Below are positions 37,370 to 49,407 of a stretch of 64,000 nucleotides of DNA, piece by piece. Under the pieces are notes generated by a model. The model saw nothing but the letters and a program-made list of their open reading frames with translations. It had not been told where the DNA came from and made no database searches. Source of the stretch: Podarcis vaucheri (taxonomy: Eukaryota). A program made the position numbers and the translations under genes. The first letter of the stretch is position 1; each line of letters starts with the position of its first letter. The stretch lies in the NCBI GenBank assembly GCA_965113315.1, contig OZ220366.1. One strand, given 5' to 3'.

Positions 37370-38180
37370 GGGAATTCATGACTCAAACAATCCTCACATC
37401 ACAATTAATAAATCATGAAGAGGGGCATATTCTTTAAAAAATGCACAATGCATAAGTAATTGCTCAGCTACCAAGTGCTATTCATAAATAGCCTAAATTT
37501 TAAAACAATGATATGGCTGAAACTATTCAACTGGGGAGGGGGGGAGGCTAATAAAAGTGAAGAAACGTAAGACAGAAAAAGAGAAGGGGGACTGCAGGGC
37601 TTGATGGCTATAATGGAAAAGAATATTTTGATTTAGGACTTTAAAATGCGCTAAATTTAGTATACAGAAGTTATTAAAATGATTAATAATGACATGCAAC
37701 TGATATTATAATTGCCTTACTAATCATAGGGGCATTATGCAAAGTTCTTTAAAACGAACAGCATCATTTGCATCTGTGATGTTGCTAATTAGTTTGGTGC
37801 TTTGTACTACCAAAAATGATCACAGAGCAGCAGCATATATTTAGAGGATTTGAAACAAGAGGCATTTATTAAAATGTAACCTTCTAGGCCTGGTGGTGGT
37901 GGCGACTTCTGTCAGCCACTCTGAACTTTCTGCCCCCTTCATTGACTGTGACAAAGGAGGGCGATGCATTTTCTGTGGTGATTCATATACCACACTGACA
38001 GAAATCATTATAGTAGCTTACCCAAAATAACCCACAGCTCTTCGTGAAAAAGGCATTTAAAAATAATGTTGGAACACATGGTAAATGATGACAGCTACAA
38101 GGTCGTCTGAGCTGTGCAGCCGAAATTAATAACTTCCTTGTTACCATCTAGTAACCAAGGCAACAAGAGATACCAGTACA
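37370..38180. promoter_or_regulatory. Candidate highly conserved non-coding element
   Basis: Long repeat-free block with octamer ATTTGCAT 37766, ATTATGCAAA 37734, TAATTA sites and X-box-like GTAACCAAGGCAAC 38151. Confidence 0.5.
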
Positions 38181-39489
38181 AAAGCATGAATATGGATTTA
38201 ACATTATGCATAGAACCCTAGTGGGCAACTAATTTTTAACAGAGGCCAATTTTGGATTAAGGAAGAGTTGGAAGGGCTAACAGCTTGCCCACTGGCTCAC
38301 TCTTATGTTTGTTGACGGATAGGCAAAGGAATCTTTAGTCTCTCGTCTTCCTGAACGTGGATGAGCCTAGGCTGCAGAACTTTAATACATATCTGACCTA
38401 TACTATGAAATGGGGGAGGAAGGCTTCTTAAAAGCTTTCTCTGCACCTGAATAGGAAAAGGAGGTCTGTCGCAGTTGTCCCTCCTGCTCCTTAGCTGCTC
38501 ACTCCAGTTGTTAGTGCCTTGACTCGTGGCACAGGAGTGAGGTGCATAATCGGGGAGGGTTTACCAAAGCCCATGATTATGCTGACAGGGTTAAAGAGCC
38601 CTTTCTCTCTCTCCCAGTGTTCTTGTATGATAGAAAGTGGCTGAGGTGCACTATACGAACAGGGCCTGAATTGAGTCCTCACCCCCTGCCTGGCAGTTGC
38701 TTATTTCTAGCATAGAATAAGCTGAACACAGCTCCATAATGTAAATACAAGTAAAGGTAAAGGGAGTTATGGGTCTGGATTTATCCTGAATGATTCATCT
38801 GAACCACCAGCCTCTACCTGAGACCTTTCCTTGGGTACTGTGGGGCACAGAAATCGGCATACCAATCTATTTTGATGTTTTGGGAGAGTGCACAGGACTG
38901 CATTACTAGAAGAACGTACTTCGTAGGTTACAAAGCAAAATGCCTATTGGTGCTGGACAACGTCCAAGTAACCCCACTTAAATTTTTATCAGTATTTTGT
39001 TATTTTTCAGCTTCCAAGCATGAACAAGTGAGAGATTAAATATAAGATCTCAAACAGCCAAGTGTGCAATCATCTTTTTGTAATTGACTAAAGTTGTGAA
39101 CAGGCATTTTTGCTCTTCTGCTTTTGCTATTGGCGTTGTAATGTTTTCTTCTGACACCAGGTGCTGCTGTAGGGATGTTTCCTTTAATATATAAAGAAAT
39201 AAAGAAAGAATAGTACTATAACAACATTTGGTGACAGAGCACAGCATTACAGCTTAACATTAACTGCAAAACAAAAAACACAGGGAATAAACCAAGCCAC
39301 CACTTTTTCAATAATTGTCCATAATAAAACAGGATAAGCCTCTTTGGTTCTGTGGGACTAAATCAGCATGTGGGGAAGAAATCGAGATCTGGCAAGTGCT
39401 AACTCAATTTCCATAACCAAGAGCCCAAGGTGTTCATAAAATGTCATGGGTATCTTTCTTAATGTTTTATAACATGTGATACAAAGGAG

Positions 39490-39850
39490 CCAGGTATTGT
39501 GCTGACATTAAGCAGTTTTTAAAACTACTTCAACTTTGGCAGAGAGCAGATTAATACCTTATTAAATATGCACAGTTATTAATACTTTGCACAAGGAGTT
39601 TATTGTTGCTGCATTGAATATTTTAATAACCTTCATCCACAAATAGTGCTGAGGACATTATCACAAGCTCATTCATTTTAATTAGTTATCTTATAAATTA
39701 TGCGAGTGGCATCGCCCCAGCTGCCTGGCAGCTAGTAAAGTGCTGTTTCTGTATTCACATGTAAATAACGGTGCGTGACAATTTTAAAAATGTTGATAAA
39801 GGATCGTGTAATTACTGCTATTAACACTACACCTTAAAACAATTGAGGAA
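39490..39850. promoter_or_regulatory. Candidate conserved non-coding element
   Basis: Repeat-free block with TAATTA, TGTAAATA (FOX), TGATAA and retained CpGs. Confidence 0.4.
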
Positions 39851-40094
39851 TGTGTTATACCTGCATAAAGGGAAAGCTGCTTTGAAGCTAAGGAACAAAA
39901 GCATCATCTTACACACTTGTTTTATTTCCTTACTTGGAAGCTGCAAATTTAAATGTACCATCAGAAACAATGTTAGCAACTAGCAGGCCACAGCAGAATA
40001 TTGTGGTTTTAGAAATTATGCAGAATGAAGGCCAGTATACTAGAAAATGCATTTGTGCTTCATCCTAGGTTAAGTTCAAACACTTACTCCCATG

Positions 40095-40327
40095 TAGCCA
40101 GTGTGGTATTGTGGTGGGATTTGAACCTGGAAAGATCCAAGTTCAAATTCACACTGAAAAAGGGAAGCTTACTGGATTGCCTTGGACAAGTCAGTATCTC
40201 TCACCCTAACAGTTAGATTATACTCCAACCTATGCCACTAGGTTGCTGTAAGGACATAATGGGGTGGGAAAGAGCACTGAATTCTGCCTTGAGTTTCTTA
40301 GAAGAAAAGCATGATCAAGATTTATAA
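40095..40327 (+). mobile_element. Old tRNA/CORE-type SINE (MIR/Squam3-like)
   Basis: A-box-like 'ccagtgtggtattgtgg', B-box-like 'aagttcaaattc', CORE-like 'ccttggacaagtca..tctctc', L2-like tail. Confidence 0.6.
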
Positions 40328-40733
40328 AGGTAATGTTTGGCCCAAATTTATGGGCAGATGAGGCCTTGATAAATGTGTGGGTTGAGGGCAATTTTTGTGT
40401 GTGGGGTAGTGGTTGCCAATCATGGCTGGAGCTTCTCTCAGCAGCCACCAACCACTTTTTTTCCTTCCAAAATTCCCTGGGAGTGATGTGATTTGATGAC
40501 AGGAGCTTTTTGGATATATATAAAAAATAGAGTCTGTTTGGAGGAGCTTTATTGTCCAATCTGAGTTTTACCACCCCAGATTTTGTCCTGTGAAAAACCA
40601 AGCAAAATTGTCTCCTCCTGTTTCATTTTGGCGTGGATTTGGCCCTTGTGTTGCAAGGTTGTACCGGGCCCAAGAAATGATCCTTGCAGCTTGAGCTGGA
40701 GTGGTTTTTAGCAGATAGCTATAGGTGACAACA

Positions 40734-41282
40734 GGACGCGGGTAGTGCTGTGGGTTAAACCACAGAGCCTAGGACTTGCCGATCAGAAGGTCGGCGGTTT
40801 GAATCCCCACGATGGGGTGAGCTCCCGTTGCTCGGTCCCTGCTCCTGCCAACCTAGCAGTTCGAAAGCACATCAAAGTGCAAGCAGATAAATAAGTACCG
40901 CTCCAGCGGGAAGGTAAACGGTGTTTCCGTGCAGTGGCGTAGCGTGGGTTGTCAGCACCCGGGGCAAGGCAAGTAATTTGCGCCCCTAACCCATGGATTT
41001 GCGCCCCCTAACCCGTGGATTTGCACCCCCTAACCCATGGATTTGCGCCCCCTAACCCTAACCCCCAGATGTTGCGCCCGGTGCGGCTGGCCCCCCCTGC
41101 ACCCCCCACGCTACGCCACTGTTTCCGTGTGCTGCTCTGGTTTGCCAGAAGCGGCTTAGTCATGCTGGCCACATGACCCGGAAGCTGTACGCCGGCTCCC
41201 TCGGCCTATAGAGCGAGATGAGTGCTGTAACCCCAGAGTCAGTCACGACTGGACCTAATGGCCAGGGGTCCCTTTACCTTTA
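40734..41282 (+). mobile_element. Full-length Sauria SINE interrupted by a hAT MITE
   Basis: GGACGCGGGTAGTGCTGTGGGTTAAACC head, CCCTTTACCTTTA tail, 15-bp TSD CTATAGGTGACAACA at 40719-40733 and 41283-41297. Confidence 0.96.
40932..41121. mobile_element. hAT MITE with internal 21-22 bp tandem repeats
   Basis: Perfect 17-bp TIR CAGTGGCGTAGCGTGGG / CCCACGCTACGCCACTG; 8-bp TSD TTTCCGTG at 40924-40931 and 41122-41129. Confidence 0.95.
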
Positions 41283-42308
41283 CTATAGGTGACAACAACA
41301 ACACAGTCCTAGAGAACAAGATGACAGAACACCACTTATAGTACAGCTCCCAGCTAAAACCACTCTGAAGTATCATCAGATGCTTGTGATCTGCAGCCCA
41401 TCCTGGACAATGATATCCCCCTCTCACAGGTGTTAGGTGGTTAAAGCTGACCTGCTAGCCTAAAAGAGCTATCAAGAGGCAATAACATGCCACATAACAA
41501 ACACAGGAACAAGATCAAACCTAGATGCCAATTCTGCCCTCTGCCAAGACCCATGACTTGGAGACCTTGCAGTTCTCAATCGAGGACTCTGATGAGGAAG
41601 AAATTGAGGCTGCATCGTTGCAGTGAAAACTGTCATATCTGATTTGGGGTCCTTTCAGCTGGAAGACACAGTTTGGTCACCATCCTCTGAATCAAAGGAT
41701 GAGTCACCTGCAGTACCTCTGCCTTGCCAGCCTTGCCGAAATCATCAGCTATAAAATAAGGTGAGTGCTCTTCAATTAGCCAGCCAGTTCCTTCAGGCAT
41801 GCAAATCCTGCCACAATCCAGGATCTTGTCACTCTGCATAAGCTTCAGTTGGCTCTAGCTCCCTGCAGAGGCAACATCTTCTGTAGCTGTCTTCTGTTGC
41901 CAGCAGGGTCCCCTTGGTACGGTCAAAATTCCTGTTATGGCCTGCTCTCTGCTTGAACTTGTTGGACTTAACTTTGATAAAACAATGCCAACTTTTCCTG
42001 TGAGTCTGTCCACAGTGGAAACTCTCATATACACTCTGGGACAGCAGCAGATGGTAGAATGGAGCAGGGTGGGGCAGCATAGCTTGCCTGGCTTCCTAAT
42101 GCAGAGGGTCACTGCCAGTAACCTAGTGCTGAGTAAATTAACACCTATAGCGGGGCAGGATACCATAATTTACTCAGCAACACTAAAAGGAATCTGTTAT
42201 CACCAATTACTTTGAAGGTCATTTTGCATGTATTTTGACCTCTGATTGACTGTACTTTCACATTCCACTGTCATTTCACTCCAACCTTTACATTTCCCCC
42301 CTTTGCAC

Positions 42309-42666
42309 CAGGGGTCGGCAACCTGTGACCCATCAGATGTTCCTGAACGATATACAGTACAGTGGTACCTCGGGTTAAGTACTTAATTCGTTCCGGAAGT
42401 CCGTTCATAACCTGAAACTGTTCTTAACCTGAAGCACCACTTTAGCTAATGGGGCCTCCTGCTGCTGCCGCACCGCTGGAACATGATTTCTGTTCTCATC
42501 TTGAAGCAAAGTTATTAACCCGAGGTAATATTTCTGGGTTAGCGGAGTCTGTAACCTGAAGCGTATGTAACCTGAAGCATATGTAACCCGAGGTACCACT
42601 GTATTCTATAGCCCTTGACACTGGTGGTGGTTAGAGCTGACCGGGGCTGCAGTCTAACAATATCTG
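42309..42666. mobile_element. Aged palindromic hAT MITE split by a Tigger-like MITE
   Basis: caggggtcggcaacctgtgacccatcagatgtt on the left and ggggctgcagtctaacaatatctg on the right of the insert. Confidence 0.55.
42360..42601. mobile_element. Tc1/mariner-pogo (Tigger-like) MITE
   Basis: TIR CAGTGGTACCTCGGGTTA / TAACCCGAGGTACCACTG, TA TSD. Confidence 0.93.
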
Positions 42667-42699
42667 TATACAAGCAAACACCTGACAAATGAAGATCCA

Positions 42700-42785
42700 A
42701 CACTCCATGCCTCTGATGAAGGGGGCTCTGATTCACGCAATCTTAGTAATAATAAAATTTGTTAGTTCTTAAAGTGTTGGCACCC
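42700..42785 (+). mobile_element. Penelope-like element terminal remnant with decayed hammerhead core
   Basis: CTGATGA (42713) ... GCAA (42737, GAAA expected), then AATAAAATTTGTTAGTTCTTAAAGTG as I recall from squamate PLE ends. Confidence 0.55.
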
Positions 42786-43489
42786 GAGCTGAGAACTTGA
42801 AAGAGGCAGGAATGTGAACCAGTCACTGAATAAGAAATTCAAAGTACCTGAGGATTAGTAGTAATAGGATCCTTTCTGCTGAACAGGAAACTTCAAATGC
42901 TCTGCCTTTAGTATTTATTTTAAGAGCCGTTATCCTTAGTAGGATTTCTGCAAGCCAGCCAGGTTAAACATTATATGAGTTTTACCAGAGTCTACACCAT
43001 GACACCAGGGTGGGGTTTTTTGCCATCCCTGTCTCCTGAACAGCATTTTTCAACAGCTCTTCAGCTGTAGACACAGGTGCAAAACGTGTTATGGCCACAG
43101 TTTATCCTCTCATTCTGCTAGAGCTGCATCTCTTTTTATATACATATCAATAGAGCAAATCCTGCTCTATTGGTATTTTTGAATAAAAAGGAAGGGTACG
43201 GAGTGAGGAAAAATCAGGTACTGCCACCAAAAGAATACATAGCATGCAAGAACTCCATTCCAGCTAAAATTAACTGCAACTAAGGTTATAGTCAGGAACA
43301 ATGCATGCACTAATTTGTCATATTTTCAGCATCTAGTATTTGCACAGCTGTTGATACGCCTTATTCTAAACTTTTGGTATGTACAGGAAATATTGTGAGA
43401 TTAGTCTACTATACTGCAATTAATGATATATGGAATTCTGTATACTAGGATTTATTGGTATAAAGCCATAGAATGCCTACAGGAAAAAG

Positions 43490-43636
43490 CAGTGCTTTTT
43501 TTCTAAAATAAAATGTTTAGGGGTACCCTCATTTTCCTACTCTTATTGAAACACTGCCCCTCAATGATGCCAAACTTAGATACACAAAATGCTTAGGGGT
43601 ATGCGTACCCCTGCGTCCCCCCAGAAAAAAGCACTG
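43490..43636. mobile_element. hAT MITE
   Basis: TIR CAGTGCTTTTTT / AAAAAAGCACTG; perfect 8-bp TSD GGAAAAAG at 43482-43489 and 43637-43644. Confidence 0.92.
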
Positions 43637-45485
43637 GGAAAAAGTAACTCTGAGTACAACTGCACAGTCAAGCCAATAATGGGTCATCAAGCTCAAACCT
43701 GTGTTCGCTGAATGTTCTGAACAGGTGCGGCTTCACATTTTAAACTCACTTAGTCATTGTTTTTGCTCACTTCTTGCCTTGGGCCAGTCATCAACTTTCA
43801 GCCTAACCTTCTTTACCTGGCTCTGAGGTAGGTTAGGCTGAGACATATAGAAAGAAGTTTAAAATGACTGCAAAGGGGATTTAGTGCTAGTATTATAGGC
43901 ATCAAATTTTGTTTCATTTGATGATGCACCTTTGTAATATAAGGCTAGAAGGTTAAAGAGTTCCCGGATGTTTTGCTTTGCAATTTGGAATCAAATTGAA
44001 TTACCATTCTTTTTAAAAAAATTAAAAGTAAAAGTACAGTCTCCTTATTGGTTATGGGCCTGGTACATGTGTACATGCTATATTCCCCACTTTGGTGGCA
44101 CTACTCCCAAACACGCACGACTGCAGGAACACTTTCTGTCCCTTACCCAACTCCAAGCTGGAGAGGCTCAGACCCTTACCAGAGTTCAATATTATATTTG
44201 TTGTAGATGGCTGGAGTCGCAAGATTTTAAGCTCATAATTTTCTAGATAAATTTGAAGTAGTACAGAAAGATAACAGAACTAGGGTTTGCACAACTGTGC
44301 TTCCCATATTGGAAAATAATTAAACAATGGATAAACTAATTAAGAATGACCCTTGCACATTAGGACTTACAAATTACTTCCTGCTCCTTAGCACAAAAAC
44401 ACATAGATAATCATTCTGATCCAAGGCAGCTTTTCATTTGACTTCTAAACACTAAAAGCCAAGGAATCTTAAACTATAAAGAATGCTAGTAATTTTCTCA
44501 TCAGCATTCACTTCTCTACCCCTCTTTCTGGCACAGACATACTCCTTAGCAGTAATTTATGCAATTGTTTTTGCAGCTACAGGATACTGTTCGATATCAA
44601 GCTATACCTGAAATGGAACAGAAAATAAGTCCAAACTGCAGGTTTAGATTCCATGCTACAGACAAATGCAGTGTAGTTCTTAGAAGTAGTATTCATACAC
44701 TTTCTTATTCACTTATCATGCAAAAATACACTTGTGATTCTGCAGTACAATGAGATGGTTACAGAGCCCTAGAAGATCAGTACACAAAGCCTATTAAGAG
44801 TCAGTGGATGCTATTTTCTGTTAGTTGTTATAGATCTATGACAGCCCGATCTAGGGAGAGCAAGGGAATAAAGGCTACTCGCAACAACAAACACTCCTCA
44901 TTATTTTGGGAATTGGACTTTAAGACTGAAAGTAACAGCACAGAGATCTCTCCCTCCCCCCCAAAAAAAAAGAGAGAAAGAAAGAAGGATGCTGTTTCCT
45001 GTGACAATTTCCTGACAAAGTATGCTAGGATAAGAAGGTACAGAGTACAGCCAGCCAGTGAGGACACTGAGGGCAGCCTTTTGAGTAATTACCTGATCCC
45101 AATTAAACAGCCCTGGTCAGAAATGTCTAAAGAGGCCCATCAAAAAAACTTAGAGCCATTGTTCATCTTCTAGATGCTAAGTCCTGTCTCAAAATGCTAC
45201 ATAAGTATTTGGGCAACAGATAAATGTATGGTGTTTGCTTCAGGCAAGTGTTCCCTCATGTTTTCTCTGTGACTCAGTCAGAGTAAAAGTAAAGCAGAAC
45301 CTCAAAACAAATTTGGATCAAACCTTTATTTCGCTCTCCACTCCTGCATACACACCAAGTTCAAACTGAAAACATCCTTCCTTTCATTGTAACATTAAAG
45401 CAACAGTTCCAGACCCTTCAAGTAGTCCAAGTACAGTTTAGAAGAGGAAATTGTGGAATGCATAAATGTCAGGGTACTACAGTGC

Positions 45486-46125
45486 CATACCCTCCAACAT
45501 TTTTCCGATGAAAATAGGGACGTCCCTTTGCATAATGATAATTTTACTATTTATACCCCACACATCTTACTGGGTTGCCCTAGTCACTTTAGGCAGTTTC
45601 CAACATATATAAAAACATAATAAAACATTCAACATTTTAAAAACTTCCCTATACAGGATTGCCTCCAGGCAGCTCGGGGGTCGGATAACTCCATACCCTC
45701 CAACATTTCTCCAATGAAATAGGGACATCCCACCATACCCCGTGACGGAGTGAGCTTCCGTTGCTCGGTTCCTGCTCCTGCCAACCTAGTAGTTCGAAAG
45801 CACATCAAAGTGCAAGTAGATAAATAGGTACCGCTCCGGCGGGAAGGTAAACGGCGTTTCCGTGCGCTGCTCTGGTTCACCAGAAGCGGCTTAGTCATGC
45901 TGGCTCCCTCGGCCAATAAAGCGAGATGAGCGCCACAACCCCAGAGTCGTCAGCGACTGGACCTAATGGTCAGGGGTCCCTTTACCTTTACCATACCCGC
46001 CAACATTTCTTCAGTGAAAATGGAAAGGAAAAGTGGGACATTCCGGGATCGGATCAAATCAGAAACTGGGATGGCTTCTCTAAATCAAGGATGTTCCTGG
46101 AAAATAGGGAAACATGGAGGGTCTG
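45486..46125. mobile_element. Composite hAT-like element (CATACCCTCCAAC termini) containing an L2-like piece and a Sauria SINE
   Basis: CATACCCTCCAACAT start, ATGGAGGGTCTG end; terminal motif recurs at 45691 and 45991; flanks CAGTGC/CAGTGT. Confidence 0.7.
45741..45989 (+). mobile_element. 5'-truncated Sauria SINE with internal deletion
   Basis: Matches the body and tail of the 40734 copy; 9-bp TSD ACCATACCC at 45732-45740 and 45990-45998. Confidence 0.92.
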
Positions 46126-48299
46126 CAGTGTACACCCCCCCCCGTCTCCCTAGTGTACAACTAATTCTCCCTGAGATGGCAAGCTTAGGTCTAAAATGGA
46201 CTGCTTTAGATGTAATCTTTCTGCCCATGCCAAGCTCATGTCCTACAACTCTTCTCTCAGGAATCTAGTTTTCTATATGTTGAGAATATTTTTGGATGGA
46301 GAAGCGTTTAGTCACCCACTGAGGCATGTCCCCTCTTAACTACTGACTATTTTTACCTTTTTAATGAAGAGAACTCTGGCACTTGGAAACTTAGGGGAGC
46401 TTCTCTTCAGTTATTTCACTTCAGTTCCTTAAACTTAATTGTATAGTTGTTACAGCTTAGGTCTTAATACTTCGGTTGCAAACCATGGTGGTACTTTCTG
46501 TCAGCTTCCCAACCTTCTATAAATCACACCCCTGAGGCTCCTCTAGCAGTATAACAGGCCCAGGGGAATCATCACACCCTCCAACTGATTTGGGATTCTT
46601 TCTCTAGAATATCTTTAGACCCACGTAGATTGTTCCCTAACAGCTCTACTCCTCCTGTCCCCAATTCAGCTTCCGAGTTTTTCTCTCATCTGTATATTCC
46701 TAAAAAGACACTAGTCTTCCAAACTAAGCTCAGAGACGTCCTTCTCTGGCTACAGATATTTTTCTCAGAATGGATCTTACACACACAGTTCAGGAGCTAT
46801 ATGCTTATGTAGCTGAACCCCAAGAACCTCAATTCCCAGCTATCTTTCTTTTTCCCTCCCAAAGTCCTGTGTCTGCACCCCCCCCAGCAAGCTGTACCCA
46901 CAGCTAATCAGAGAAAAGCTTCAGCCCAGGACTCTGTAAGCTGCACCACTCTGGGGGAATTGCACTGCACCACCAAACTCTGATCTAGCTGAGTTTTCCA
47001 TCATACCCATCTATAATCTGGGGCAGCAAAGCCCAGACACATATTTACCTCTTGACCCTTGTCCATCATGGCTTAATAAAAGCTAGCCTAATTGGCCTGG
47101 ATGTACGTGAATCCCACAGGGCACAATGTATGTAATGTTAATGTTGAATTCTATCTTGGAAGAAAGATGGAATATAAGTATGCAAAAGAGGTAAGGGCTT
47201 GTGAATATTTAATTTTCTTCTCATGAACTACAGCTGAACCAGCTGATTCAATTGTGCTGAACTCAATCACAGCTAAACCTGAATTGGAATTGAACTGGCT
47301 TAGTGGATTCAATACATATCTGACTGGCAACCCAACCAATGCATCAGCCTTATTCACTGTAATCATTATATTACAGTTTGTGCTAATGCACCTGAAGAAT
47401 CACCTTATTACTGGCCAGCTAACAAGATCAAGGACTATTAAACAGCCTTCCTGTACTGGAGTACAGGGGTATATGTGCCATTGTCTCTGCACCAGTAGAA
47501 CTGTGCAAGTACCTCATGCAGCACTTTATGCTTCAACTGTAATACACACCGTACCTCACTTACTATGTATCACATTGCCCAGGTACAGTCCATGGAGCTA
47601 GGCCAAGACACTTAATGTTGTTAGTTTGACTTCCTTGAATGGCTGCAGGTCTATTGAATCCTTTGCCGTTCTTTGAGTAGAAGGCCTGCTAGTTCACTTA
47701 ATAAGTTTTCAATCTGGACTTGATGCAGTCAAATACCCCTTCTGATCATAATCAGGATGCAAGCAGCACTCCAAGGCCAGATATGCTTCAGTTAAAAAGA
47801 AACGCTTTGCCCATTTTGTCTCAGAAGAGTTTCTGCACCCGGGATCCTAGACTAAATCTTTCAAAGAAACACATTTCATCATGCAGGCATTTTGATTACT
47901 TTTTCCTCCACAAAGTACCTAGCTTATTTGTCCTAAAAGGACTGCAACTGACAGTAAAAAGACTGTTTCATTTACTTTAAAGAAGAGGATTAGCATTCAA
48001 AATATCATGGGATCTTGGGTTCTCTCTCGCTTTCTCTTTTAAAGTGAGACAGCAAAGGACTTGAATTTAAATATATGCAAAACTGTGCTGTAATTATTTT
48101 GATCAGTGAAAAATAACTAATTCAGATCTACAGAAAATGTAGGGCATGGATGGCCAGTTAATTTGGTTTTTGTGTAATTAACAGTACCTCCTAGGGTTCT
48201 ATGTTTTTCTCCCTCTTGCAGAACAAAATATTCTGGCATTTAGTATTAGCTATACACTTCATCATTCAAGCAGAAGAAATAGGTCCTCCTAAGAGCAAT

Positions 48300-48620
48300 G
48301 CATGTGCAGTACAAATGTCAGCAAGTGAGATGGCACCCAGCTATTTAGTAGCAGATTGGACTCCGCTCCCAGCAGGCATGCAGTGTCAAAATGGTCAAGG
48401 CCCGCAATTATTACTTCATTTAAGTAATGCCTCGCTATAATTTGAATCTAAAATATCAAAGGCTCCTACAGTCAGCCTTTGTGCATCTAAGTGAGCAATG
48501 TTTACTTCCTTTAAGAGAAACACCAAACCAAGAAGAAGGAAGGGGTGTGAAAATGATATTCATAAAAAAACAACAAGGGGTAAATGAAAAGCAATTATAA
48601 AAAAATCTGCCTAAAATAAC
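48300..48620. promoter_or_regulatory. Candidate enhancer
   Basis: ATCAAAG 48455 (TCF/LEF), CCTTTGT 48476 (SOX/TCF-like) and TGTTTAC 48499 (FOX) within about 50 bp. Confidence 0.35.
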
Positions 48621-48743
48621 TTACTGTGAACTACAGTATCCAATCTCCTCCTATAAAGGAGAATATCTGCTTGCTCCAGAAATCATTTATACATCATAAC
48701 TATCTGTGGGAAAGTTGAGGGTTCACTACAAGAGGCAGTTATG

Positions 48744-49090
48744 TGTTGTGAGTGGATACGGAAATAATGAAAGAAACACAGTAAGTGGGTTGCGCTAGGG
48801 CCACCTTTATTAACAAAGGGGGAATGAACAGTGTGAGAAGGTAAACTATGTTTACCTGCATTGGGTCAGCCCACCCTGTCCATGGCAAGGGGCATGAAAA
48901 GGCAGAGTCCCATTGCATGGGCCTTGCTTTCTTGTGAGCTGGGTTCCTGCCCCATCCCCTCTGCCTGAGTCCCACAATTCTAGGCAGGTGAGACAGGCTA
49001 ACCTCAAGAGAATTTCATATCTAAGCTAAAGGCCCCACAACTCAGAGGAGCTAGCCTCTGGAGAGACTTTTCACCTTAAGAGTTGCCTAA
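48744..49090 (-). mobile_element. 3' half of solo-LTR-like family 2
   Basis: Minus strand ends CACAACA as in family 1 copy 3; AATAAAGGTGGCC at 48799-48811; homologous to 6310-6600. Confidence 0.65.
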
Positions 49091-49160
49091 GAGTGTTCAC
49101 CGGTTTACCTCTCTTCTCATTAACTTTCCACAGACCTTCCTGCCACAGTAGAATGCTTTT

Positions 49161-49407
49161 TGAAGCTTAGGCTCCAATACTTTAGCCACCTCATGAGAAG
49201 AAGGTCTCCCTGGAAAAGACCCTGATGTTGGGGAAGATTGAGGGCACAAGGAGAAGGGGACGACAGAGGAGGAGATGGTTGGATAGTGTTCTCGAAGCTA
49301 CTAACATGAGTTTGACCAAACTGCGGGAGGCAGTGGAAGACAGGAGTGCCTGGTGTGCTCTGGTCCATGGGGTCACAAAGAGTCGACTAAATGACTAAAC
49401 AACAACA
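49161..49407 (+). mobile_element. 5'-truncated RTE/BovB LINE 3' end
   Basis: High similarity to 27062-27313; GACTAAACAACAACA tail. Confidence 0.93.

Noticed and set aside
41575-41626. Short acidic reading frame (SIEDSDEEEIEAASLQ*)
   Set aside because: Too short, with no convincing splice context or assignable protein family.
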